DNA from: Lama glama | Lineage: Eukaryota | Length of the DNA: 64,000 nucleotides | Direction of reading: 5' to 3' | Assembly: GCA_028534125.1 (NCBI GenBank) | Contig: CM052832.1 | Span: 10,666,001 to 10,730,000, forward strand | Shown: piece by piece, positions 26,015 to 36,940 of the stretch | Position numbering within the stretch: the first letter of the stretch is position 1 | Layout of the letters: each line of letters opens with the position of its first letter | Made by a program: the position numbers and the translations under genes | The notes under the pieces: model-generated | The model's input: only the letters and a program-made list of their open reading frames with translations | Database searches by the model: none | Told to the model about the DNA's origin: nothing

Positions 26015-26190
26015 GCACTGGAAAGAGTCCAGGCTTTGTAGTTAGACAGACCTAATTTCCAGTTTTGGTCTGTCTCTTGCTAACTGTGTGGCTTTAGATG
26101 AATCTCTTAACCTCTCTGAACTTCACTATCTCCCTGTGTATAATAGTATGTTACCTTATATATGATGGAACCAATTGAATAAAATAGAAT
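26015..26190 (+). mobile_element. MIR SINE
   Basis: ggaaagagtccaggctttgtagttagacagacct..ctaactgtgtggctttag..cttaacctctctgaac. Confidence 0.8.
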
Positions 26191-28159
26191 CTGCAAGCTC
26201 TGGTTTAGAATAAACAGCAGTGGGTGTTGGCCTCCCTCTTGCCCCTTTCCATTCTTTCATCCTCATGCCTTCGGCTACCTTGGAACATTGCATTGTTGGA
26301 GAAGACACTGGAAAAGGAGGCTTAACCTGACTGCAGCTCTAGGCGCTTCCTTTAGAAAGCTTCTGGAGAACTGCTCTTCAGTGCAGAAAGTCCATTTCCA
26401 TTTTACTTTTAAGGGTGAGTGAAATCCCGTCTTCCAGAGGAACTTCTAGAAGCACTGCAGGCCAGATGTAGCTGGTCCCACATTCAGGGGCACTTCCCTC
26501 AGCAACTGTTGGTGGAACAGCCTGTCTCACTGAGCTTCCACTGACAGATCCATTTTCTGCCCTCAGTGGCACCTTTTAATCTAAAATGTTGAATGAAGGT
26601 TTTGTTTTCCCTCTTGTTGAGGATAGAATGGGCTTCATCAAAACTCTGCTCACCCTACCTTTCTGTATCCCCTCCTTGCCGGGAACATATCACTTAATGT
26701 CGACATTGAGAGAAAAAGGATCTGGTAGATCTGCAGACCACTCGGGCTGGATTCCTGCCTTTGTTACTGCTTTGGGGATCTGTGGGCTCTCAAAGATGAT
26801 TCCTATGGGAGAGGAACCCCTAATCTTTAATGGTAGGATATAAGCCAGTAAGGATGATGGATGAGGGGTTCCGTAGCCCTTTTCAGGTCATCCAGCTTCA
26901 GGTCATCCAGTGACTGATCCTGCCTAAGGATGGACCTGGTGCTGGACAGACCTGGATTTGAACCTGGCTATGCCCTCACCTGGGTTATATGATGCTATGA
27001 ACGCTGCTTCACCTCCCGAGTCTCAATCTGCCAAGCCCCTGGTGTAGAATAAACATCAATGGACCTTTATCTTTTTCTTGTCCCTCTCTATCAAATTTTA
27101 TGGATTTCATCTATAAAAGTGTGGGCTGAGAGTAGTTCCTGAAGTGTGGGGTTGAGGAGGTGATGGGTGCACAGGGAGAAGAGGGGCCGGGGGAGTGGGA
27201 GGGCCGGAGGGATCTTCTAGCATGTCCGATGGCTCCACACATCTGTCTTAAGACTGCTGGGTACTCTGGGGCCACTGATGGCACTGGAAGAGCTGGCCTT
27301 GTGCTCACAGTGGACAGGAGAGGTCAGACATGGAGAAAAATAAATGGAGAGAGAATTTCTAGCCAATGTGAAGACCTGTTGTGCTGAAGGCGGGTGGGTG
27401 TGCAGTCCAGGCGAGATGCCTCCCTGGCGGGACAGGCTGGAGAAAGCTATCATTTTCTGGTTTTGCTAAGGTTTGTTTGGGAGCCTCTTTGAGGAGTACT
27501 ATAAAAGGGATTTAACTTGGCTTCCATGGCTTGGAATGGCCTTCTCTGTTCACTGGGAAAAGGCCATCTCACTCTGGATGGCATTGGCTTGAGTCAAACC
27601 CCAGCCCTTCCAGTTTGTACCTGTCTGATAGGTAACCTCTCTGAAGCCACATTTTCATCACCTGGGCAGCCAGACAACAGCAGCCCCCTTGCTGCAGAGG
27701 TTGCCCTGCAAGCAGTGCTCAGAACAGCACTGGGCACATAACGGATGGAAACATTGCTGTTATTAAACCAGAAGCATCTTGCAGGTTGGGACCTTTGATC
27801 CCGCCCTCTTCCTGGAAGGATTCTGGGCCTGGATGCTCAGTGTTCACGTTGGCTAAAGATGGTGACTTTTAGCTGGTCCTTGGATTGGGGTAAATTTTAA
27901 CACCCAGAGATGGAAAAGGAAGACATGGGTGGATGGGAAGGCCGTGTAAGGCGTGCCCTTGGGGGCAAAGTTCAGGGCCAGAGAAAGGCAAGACTGTGCA
28001 GGAGGTAACAGCGAGGGCCTCTGGGTGGAGGTCTGGCAGTTTTCAAAGTCAGGCTTCCTGGAGGAGGCAAGATGGGTCAACTGGCATAGGGGAAAGTGAG
28101 AGGAAGGTGTGGTAAAAGGAAGGAGGCATCGAAAGAGCCAAGGGGCAAAGGGTGAGTAT

Positions 28160-28500
28160 AAGCCCATGTAAATCTCAGTTCTCTCTGCTCGTAAAGTTCT
28201 ACAGATGCATAATTCTGTCAGTTTTATATTAACATTTACATAACAAGCAGATTGAGAGATTGCATTATTTACATATATATGGAGGCCGGCTGAAACCGGG
28301 GCTCCTTGTGTCTGTACGTGACGTTTTATTGATTAATAAATTAGACACTTACAGATCAGGCACAAATCAAATCCACCCATTTCAGACACCCATCAGGTGC
28401 AAATGAATGTAAATTGGCGGCTTCATTTGCATACGGAAAGTAAACCATTTAGTAGTCATTTGTCACCGGCACCCTTGAGAGGCTGTAATTTGCCTCGTGG
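28160..28500. promoter_or_regulatory. Candidate conserved enhancer with a homotypic POU/octamer cluster
   Basis: ATTTGCAT 28425-28432; ATGTAAAT/ATTTACAT at 28166, 28234, 28267, 28407; GTGCAAAT 28397; ATGCATAAT 28205; TGATTAAT and TGTCA motifs. AT-rich, no recognisable repeat. Confidence 0.6.
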
Positions 28501-28724
28501 AGCCAGCCTGCAGCAAGGCTGCCCCTGCACTCTGGTGACTTCTGAGATGGCTCCAGGCAGGGTGGGTGCCAGTGGCCTGGGGACTGCTCCTGTCTTCAGT
28601 ATCCTGTCCCCAGTCACCAGCATGGCCCCATGGGGTGCGGGGTGGAGCTGAATCGGGACCACTGCCTTGTCACACAGTCAGAGTCCAGAATTGGAGGACT
28701 TCTTGAAGCCCATCCACACCAGCC

Positions 28725-28855
28725 CTGTATATTACAGGTAATGAACTGAAGTCCAGAGAGGGGAAGTGACTTGATTAAGGTCATACAGCCGGGGGGGGGT
28801 GCAGTGTCAGGACTGGAACCCAGTTCTCCTTAGCCCAAGTGCAGTATTCTAACTC
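28725..28855 (-). mobile_element. MIR SINE
   Basis: aactgaagtccagagaggggaagtgacttgattaaggtcatacagc..ggactggaacccag. Confidence 0.8.
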
Positions 28856-30959
28856 TGATGCTGTGATGGTTTTTCTATCAGGAAGGAAAGGAACGGGGTC
28901 TGGAGCTTCTGGGAACTTTGGCCCCTGATTCGGTTTCCTGGAGCAGGGCTTAGGGGTGGGGGCTCAGGACAAGGACAAGCTGGAGCTGCTACTATCAGAC
29001 GCACTTGTTCACAAGCCTCCGTCATAGCCTGGTTTCAGGGGCCCTGGAAATCCCTCGCCCCTAGGAGTACCTCCTTCACCATCCCTCTGGCTCCCCAAAC
29101 TCCATTAAGCTCAGAAAGCACTTTTCATTGCAGAAGAAAAGACAGGGTTTAAAGGCTGGCTGGGTTGGGGGAGATAGTGAGCAGGAGAGCCTTGGTCCCC
29201 TGCCTGGGTGAGCCAGGCCACCAAGAAGGAATGGAAAAGGCACAAAAAGGGGGAATGCCAGAGGCCAGGCTCCACCTACTTCATAATCCAAGAGCGAAAA
29301 AGGCTGCAGGTGTGCGTGTACCTACACGTGGTGGGGGCGGGGGTGCGGTGAGTCAGGGCAGAGGGAGGTGGCTGACCGTCTTGTGGCTGACTGCCTGTGG
29401 CCCTGGGTGTCTTACTTAACATGGCCTCTCCAGCAAGCTTCCCACGCTCACCAGGAAACAGGGCTGACACAGAGCCAGTACAGGGCGGGCACACAGCAGG
29501 TGCTCAGCGGACTGAACTATTACGCACGGTGTCTCCGGTAAGTCTTGCCATGCTAACTTTCAAGGGCTTTTGGTGATACAGCTCTGAAGCTGCTTCAGTG
29601 CTAGAAGCAAGGTGGGTGGGTGGTGGGTGGGCCAAATGACTCAGTGTGATCGATCATCCTTGAGGCTTAGAGCAGGAGGGCTGAGGCCCCGGGTCTGGGT
29701 GCGTGCTGAACGCTTGTAAAAGCCGCTCTCGGTGGTTTCGGTGGGTGACGCCATCAAGGTGCTGTCTGAAGGGTGAAACTGGAGATCAGAGTCCTCAGTG
29801 GGCACTCCGAGGGAGGATGAGGAGGGGCTCAAATTCACCAGTACGGAGCATTTTTTGAATGCCTACTGTGTACCCGGCACTTACACAGATGTTACCACAT
29901 GCGTCACCCTGGCCTTCAAAAGGCTGCTTGAGTCTCTGAAACCGTAAGCGTCACTGTAACAAAAGTCGTGTGTAAAAGCTCACACTTGTGGAGACATGCT
30001 AAGTCCTTGTGCACTTTGGCACGCTTGGTCTCTCTAATGTCACTCTGACAACAGCTTCGTTAGCCCAGTCCTGGGTCCACTCTCCCCTTGCGCACCTCCA
30101 GTGGGACCCCCACCCCGACACTCAGCCCCAGCTCCCAAAGCAAAGAGAAGCAAACAGGAGGCAGGACTCAGATAAAGCACCAGAGGCTTTGGTCCCCTAT
30201 TCTCTCCTTTTCCTGTGAACACTGTGGGTTCGCATGACTCCACCGTCCTGGGCGCCCTCTAGGTCCAGCCTGACTTGGACTTGGGTGCACCCCCTCCTCC
30301 CAGAGTGGGCTGTTGGCCCTCAGTGGCTGTTCGGTTTTTCCACATTTCTCCCTGCACCAGGTGGCCTGCCCCAGCTCCCTGCCACCCCTTCCCCGGCAGG
30401 GCCTCCCGGGATGCCTTGCGGCTGGTGGCGTCCGCCACCCACCACGTCTCACTCTGCCATGAGGGCCCGTCGGCTCTGAAGCTGTGTGATTTTCCTGCAC
30501 CTCCATTGGCTAAGCAGCACCACAGGACCCTGTAAGGACTCCCTCTCTGCCTTCGGGTCTTGGGGTCATGACCTCCATCCCTGACACGCTCCTCAGCCTG
30601 CCTCTTTCCCAGATGAAAAACCTGGGCTGTGGGACAATGGAACACGCCCTGTCCCAAACCCCACAGCTAGTTCAGTCTCGTGGTGGGACCGTGCAGGGGG
30701 AGGGGTGGAACTTTGCTGGCAGTCCTCCTGGGAGCTGTTTCTGGCTTCCCCCGCTCTAGGAGGCCCCTCCCCGCCTCATCAGTGGCTTTATTCCTTCCAT
30801 CTGGGGGATGTGAGAGATGGCTAGGAAGAGCAGGGTCAAGGTGGAGCTGCTCGCATGATTCAGCACAGCTGAGCCTTCCTGTCCAGCACTTCCCTGCCCC
30901 CGCCCTCCTGCCCCGACTGCCCTCAGTTCCAGCGTCCCTCAAGGGCAGAGCCCAGAGCA

Positions 30960-31175
30960 TCTTGTTGCTGTTTTGTGAATCTTGAGTGATAATTATATGT
31001 ATAAAATTCGGCTGCTTAAACTGTTCAGGATTAATCGGCACCACCACACAGAAATGCGCCTTGCCTGTAATTAGCCATTCCCCGGCAAATGCGTTTTGTG
31101 AAATAGCACTTGATTTTAATAACAGGCTGTTAGTATTAGAACGCTGTGCCCATTTTATTTCAGATTGTCAGAGAA
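30960..31175. promoter_or_regulatory. Candidate conserved non-coding element (homeodomain-site rich)
   Basis: AT-rich island with GATAATTA, GGATTAATC, GTAATTAG, TGATTTTAAT, TGTCA and several retained CpGs, in GC-rich flanks. Confidence 0.45.
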
Positions 31176-32837
31176 GCCCCCTCTCTTTGGCGCCCCAGTC
31201 TCTGCTCGCAGGTGCCTTGGGCTCTGAGATCCTGTTTGTAGGCCCTGGTGAACCCTGGGAAGGGTGTCTTAGTGGTGTCGCCTCCGTCCTGGCCCTTCTC
31301 AGCATCTCCCCCCACCTCCTTCCGGTTCCCTCAGGGCGCACCAAGATCTCAGCTGCTGGCAGATTAGAAGTGAGAATCTCAGCCCTTCTCATCAGACTTC
31401 CTCCCATCCTCCTCTCTTCTCCCCTCTGCTCCACATCCCACTTGCACTTCCTGCCTCCTCTCTCCTTTCCCTCTGGCTCCAAAGTCCTCTCTAACTCAAG
31501 TTCTCTCTCTCTCCAGCGACAGCTGGAGCGACAGCAGCTCTGCATCTTTGAAGGCCTCAGTGTCTGTCCCTCCCTCCCTTGCTCCTCACTGCCTCTCTGA
31601 CTGCTTCTCCCTCCTGGTCTCTGTTCCTGTCCATGCTGTGGCAGAGGGGGCAGGGCTCAGGTGTGGCAGCTGCCCCCCCCATTCCTGCTCGCTCCCCTGG
31701 CCTCAGTTCAGGTATCACTTCTCTGGGGAAACACTCACCACACTCTGCTGTAATAAGTAAACTTCCGGGGCAGGAGCCGCATCTTGTTCATCTTCAGGTC
31801 CTCAGAGCCTGGAATACAGTAGGTGCTCACTCTAAGTGCGGGGTGAAATAGAGTAAAGGGAGGAATGAGCGTGTCATAAACTGTCTGAGCTGTACAGGCT
31901 CAAGGAGGGGTCCTGGGGGGCCGTCCGTGAAAGACATTAGGAAATGATGCCTGCTGCCTTTCCCGGGGCGTTTACTAAGAGCTGCCCTAGGCTGGACTCC
32001 ACGCACTCTGGGGGTGTGTTGGACCAAGTCCCTGCTCCCTGCTCCTGTTTGACACCAGCTGTCAGTAGATCACCCAGCAAGGGCAGCACAACAGGAGGGG
32101 AGCTGGGCAGTTTACTTAACTTGCTCTGCATCAGCTTCTCCCCCTGGACAGCGGGATTATAATAACATTTGCTGTTGGAGGAATTCATCAAATAAACAAA
32201 TATTTATTGGTCATCAGCTGTGTGCCAGGCACCGGAGAGAGAGCAAGGAATGAAATAAAATCAGCACGGGATCAAGTAAGATGCTACGTGAAAATGCTTA
32301 GCGCAAGGCTGAGCTTCAGCACACACTCAGTAAATGTTCACAGTTGTTCCCGTTGCTCTCCACTCCAATCCTATCATTTGAAAGATGAGGAAATCGAGGC
32401 CCAGAGAGGGGGGGGCGTCCACCCAAGGTCACACAGCAAATTAGGGACAGGACTGGGACTAGAAACCAGGTTGTCTGATGTCCATGCAGGGCTCTTTGTA
32501 CTTCACCACCCACTTCTACTTGGAAAGGGGTCAGCTGGGCGATGAGGAGTGGGCAAGGGGGGTGGGGGGCGGAGAGAAGACCAGCCTGATCTGCCATTGC
32601 CCCTGTCTTGGCCCTTGACTGGGTGATACAGTTCTGTTGCTGACCCTCCCAGGCCTGACTTGGTATAAATGATTTGGGGGCAGATACTAACAAGGGTTCA
32701 GGATTATCCAGCATCTGTGGGGACCTCCACACCTCCCCAAAGGAGCAGGTGGAGCCAGGTCGTGCGCCTTCTCCAATGCCTGGGAAAACCAGACTCCTAT
32801 CAGGCTGTTTCCAGCTCCCCCAGCCAGGAGGTGCTGG

Positions 32838-33325
32838 GTTTCTTAGTTTGTGTTCCCCAGAAGCAGACCCAGAGACAAGGGTCTGAGTGTAAGCAGTTTA
32901 TTCGGGAGGTTGGCTCAGGAAACACTGATGAGGGGTGAGGGTGGAGGATGGCGAGACAGGGCAAGGGATACAGCCAAGAAGGGGTGGGTTTCAAGTCACT
33001 TACCCCTGATGACAACTGCAGCTTAATCCTACTGGGAACCCAGGGATCCAGCAAAGACACAAACCTCAGAATTGCACCACTGGAGCAGTGAGCGAGCTGG
33101 GGCATTTATATCCCACTCCAGCAGGCATTGGTTTAGGGCCTCTTGCATTGGGGATGGGGAATGTTAATTCCCTGGCACTTTGGCCCTACCATGCGGGCAG
33201 ACGAAGTGGCCTTGGTACAAGAGAAGCCCTCAGGGAGAAAGATGCGGGTGCTGGCAGCTGGGAGTCAGGCACCTCCATGGAAAGGGCCAGGGCGTACAGG
33301 CAGGGTGGCATGAATGTCTGCTGCA
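32838..33325 (-). mobile_element. LTR16 family (LTR16C-like, ERVL) solo LTR
   Basis: gttccccagaagcagacccagagacaagg..gtttattcgggagg..gagctggggcatttatatccc..gagaagccctcagg. Confidence 0.8.
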
Positions 33326-33914
33326 TGGGGCTTCCAGCCTCAGCCAGTGTGACCCCCCAGCTCATGATTTTTTGCCGCAAATCTCACTGAACCACATGTT
33401 CTGCTTATTTTATTTTATTTTTTTCTGGGGCTTCTGTTTGCAGGGACCAGATCAACGCATGGTTCCCAACCCAGAGGTCTTTCCACCAGGCAGGTGAGGA
33501 AGGAGACACTAGTCACAATGTGTACGAAATTCCCCAGCGGCTTCCCCAAGCTGCTCCCCGGCCCGCTTCCCCCATCACGCAGTGCGTGTTCCAAAAAAGC
33601 AGCTCGTTTTAGCATGTGTCTGAGTGAGGCCAAATTAGGAAGGTAAGGCTGGAGTAAAAATAAACTCACTTAAGCATGCCAAAAATAAATGGCTTTTGGA
33701 TTATCTGCTGGTTTGGATTATGCTATTTCTGTGGACAGTGACCATGACTGCTAGGTTCACCTGCTGGGTTCACCTGCTGCAGGGGGAGCAGGCCAGGGGC
33801 TGCCACTGAGGAGTTCTAGAAAGGGGACCTCTGCTGGAGACAAGATGAGGGCGGGGCTGCGTAAGGAAACAGAGACGGCTCTGGGAAATGGGAATTATTT
33901 GGCAGAATTTCCCC

Positions 33915-34225
33915 CAATCTGCTATTTTTCCAGAAGGTTCATAGGTATTATGAGGGTGTGGGAAGAGAGAAATGGAAAAAAAATTGTGTGGTGAAGTTAA
34001 TCTGAAAATGCTGGAATTGACAAAGTTGAACGTTTCTTTACTGCAGACCTTCTCAGATCCTTTATAATGCAATTCAGCATTGTGATTTCCCCCCACCCCC
34101 CAAAAAGGAATATGACATATATTTTGTTTTTGCAAAATTATTTGGATCATGAAACCCTTTCTTCCACGTGGAGTTCTTAGGACTTACGTGAGTGCCCCGT
34201 GGAACATTCTTTGAGAGTGCCATTT
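33915..34225. mobile_element. hAT-Charlie MITE (MER103-like)
   Basis: acaaagttgaacgtttctttactgcagaccttctcagatcctttataatgc..gcattgtga..ccgtggaacattctttgaga. Confidence 0.6.
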
Positions 34226-34279
34226 GGCATTTTTCCAGAGATTTTTCATACCCCATTCTCATCAAATCCTATTAAAAAC

Positions 34280-34868
34280 AGAAAATAGGACTGCGTCACT
34301 TCTCAGCTTCAATCCTGAAGTTTCCCTAAGCCTGTTGGGAGATGCTCAAGACTGTTTTAGCCTGGTATGTTGGCCCCTCATGACTTGGTCACCGTCCACC
34401 TCTCCCATATCCTCTCTGGCCAGGCTCCCTACTCCTGGCTGCACCCTCAGGGTGGCCCTGAGCTTTCAGACCCCTGGACCTTTGCACATACTGCTCCTTC
34501 TGGCAGGAAGACCATCCCTTTAGCCCCCTTCTGCTTGGTGAGCTCCTGTTCATGTCTCAAAACAGCCCAGCCGTCACTTTGGGGAAATTTTCCTTAATCT
34601 TATCACCGTCTACTGAGGCCTTCCTGACTACTCTTAAAATTGCAATCCCTGCTCCAGAGTGACCTATGCCCCTTCCCTACTTTATTTCCCTTCTTGGCAC
34701 TTCTCACCTTTGCACAAACTATATCATTATCTTATTTGTTTATCATTTGTGATCTGTCTCTTGCCTCCAGGATGTTGGTTCCAGGAGAGCAGGAATCACG
34801 GTCCATGCTGTTCTCTGTTCACAGGGTCTGGCAAATATTAGGCGCTCAAAAATATTTGGTAAATTGCA
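34280..34868 (+). mobile_element. L2 3' region
   Basis: ggacctttgcacatactgctccttctggc..aggccttcctgac..ttccaggagagcaggaa..taggcgctcaaaaatatttg. Confidence 0.8.
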
Positions 34869-35429
34869 GGATATGGTAAACACTCCCTCAGCTGTTCTGC
34901 CTTAATCACTTAAATTCACAATTGTTATCGAATACTCTGGCTTGCAAACGAGTAATTACCGCAGTTCCCTGACTTCTCCAAGGTAACCTGCTCTGGGCCC
35001 CACCTCTGCATCCCAGCAGTTAATAAGCCCCTGCCACTAGGGACATGCTGAACAAATGTCTGTCATAAGAATCAGTTTTGATTTGTATAAACAGAGAAGC
35101 CAGCTCTCTTTCTGGCTGAGCTGGGAGGCAGGGGACTGGATCTTATACTCCTTGTATTTCTCATTTATAGAAAACCTAGCCTCTGGCTGGAAAAGTTCAT
35201 CATCTTAAAACCTTGGATCACAGTATCACATATCCTTCCTTTTCCCTCCCTCCCCTTCCCCTGGGAGCTGGCTGTGTCACCACTCCACACCTGGTTCTCA
35301 TAGTCACCGTCTCAGTGGCCCCTCTCCCATCTGTCCCACAAGCTTCCTGAAATACCCGCCAAGCCTCCTCTTTAAACCCCGCAGCACCTCCCTGATGCCT
35401 GGCATCTCACAGACAGGCCATGGGCACGG

Positions 35430-35828
35430 GAATGAACAGGCTCCAGAGCCCGATGGCCTGGGTTTGAATCCCCTCGCCCAGTATTAGTTGTGCCACTTGG
35501 GACAAGTTACCGACCTTCCCACAGCCCCCACTTCCTGTGGATAACAAGGCCACATTCCATCCATGTTAAGATTTTTATTTTGACGTCTCAGAAATCGGAA
35601 TGCCTCCTCCAATCCATGACATGTCAAAGTTTAATTAGCAGCAACATTTCTTTCTTGGATATACCAAAATTAACAGTCCGTCTTCTAATCTAAAGAGTCT
35701 TAGATTTGATGAAATGTTGTAATGTCTGCCGCAAGGGCTGTGAGGATTAAATTAGCTAAAACATGAAAGATTCTTAGTACAATCCCTGGCACACAGTAGG
35801 TGCTCCCAAAATGCTGTTGTTATTATTG
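35430..35828 (+). mobile_element. MIR SINE split by a MER104 insertion
   Basis: 5' half gcctgggtttgaatccc..ttgggacaagttac; 3' half gtgaggattaaattag..cctggcacacagtaggtgctc. Confidence 0.75.
35550..35719. mobile_element. MER104 (TcMar-Tc2) MITE
   Basis: tctcagaaatcggaatgc..catgtcaaagtttaattagcagc..tttctttctt..gtcttagatttgatgaaat, followed by TA. Confidence 0.75.
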
Positions 35829-35868
35829 GCACAAGAGTAAACTCCATTTGACCTTCATGTTTTCCTCA

Positions 35869-36368
35869 NNNNNNNNNNNNNNNNNNNNNNNNNNNNNNNN
35901 NNNNNNNNNNNNNNNNNNNNNNNNNNNNNNNNNNNNNNNNNNNNNNNNNNNNNNNNNNNNNNNNNNNNNNNNNNNNNNNNNNNNNNNNNNNNNNNNNNNN
36001 NNNNNNNNNNNNNNNNNNNNNNNNNNNNNNNNNNNNNNNNNNNNNNNNNNNNNNNNNNNNNNNNNNNNNNNNNNNNNNNNNNNNNNNNNNNNNNNNNNNN
36101 NNNNNNNNNNNNNNNNNNNNNNNNNNNNNNNNNNNNNNNNNNNNNNNNNNNNNNNNNNNNNNNNNNNNNNNNNNNNNNNNNNNNNNNNNNNNNNNNNNNN
36201 NNNNNNNNNNNNNNNNNNNNNNNNNNNNNNNNNNNNNNNNNNNNNNNNNNNNNNNNNNNNNNNNNNNNNNNNNNNNNNNNNNNNNNNNNNNNNNNNNNNN
36301 NNNNNNNNNNNNNNNNNNNNNNNNNNNNNNNNNNNNNNNNNNNNNNNNNNNNNNNNNNNNNNNNNNNN
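35869..36368. other. Assembly gap, exactly 500 N
   Basis: Counted from the coordinates. Confidence 1.
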
Positions 36369-36599
36369 GAGAGTCACTGCTGGGACCCCTAATCCCTGTT
36401 AGGAGGCATGACATTAAGACTAAGACAGGATGGGTCATCCCTGTGCAAGGTGAAACCCACCGCCAGCCCCGCCAAGCACCACCCTAGAGGCCAGAGCCCC
36501 AGGCTGCCTGCCCAGTGATTCCATGACGGCACCCTAGCAGTCAGGGCCGGAGGGGGCGCTGGCTTCTCTTCCCTCTTCCCACCCAGGCAAGGGGAGGCT

Positions 36600-36940
36600 T
36601 TTGTGTGGCAACTTCCTGATTTCACATTTTAATTTTCAAAAAGGAAATAAATTTTCTCCAGCCTGTAGCTGTAATTGACTTTGGAGTTGTGACTTTATCA
36701 TGCAAATGGTTATTTGTAGACTTTTAGAAACCTGCATCATGGAGCGAAATTACATACTTAGAGACTTCTGAAGCCATGGATTATGGTCCCAACAGATCCT
36801 AATGATTCTCTGGGTGCCATTAGGGTATAACGTGAAAACGCATATTTAGAGGATGATTAAAAAGCAAATGAGCACGCACGGAGAAATTCCTCGTGAAAAG
36901 TGGTGATTAGACTCACTGTGAGGCTGCTTTCTCCTGTTAG
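36600..36940. promoter_or_regulatory. Candidate conserved non-coding element with a canonical octamer
   Basis: ATGCAAAT 36700-36707, plus GTAATTG, GGATTA, CTAATGA, TGATTAA, TGATTAG and ACTTCCTG (ETS-like). AT-rich and repeat-free. Confidence 0.45.

Noticed and set aside
26882..26910. Very short tandem duplications (ttcaggtcatccag x2; also ~7690 caattatttt x3, ~33754 ggttcacctgctg x2, ~6249 cctctgggcag x2)
   Set aside because: Ordinary slippage events with no functional indication
36543..36562. CTCF-like ccggagggggcgctg (also 17610 gctgcagagggcag, 2308 ctcgcagagggcgg)
   Set aside because: The 5' half of the core mismatches the consensus, and such partial matches are expected by chance in GC-rich DNA
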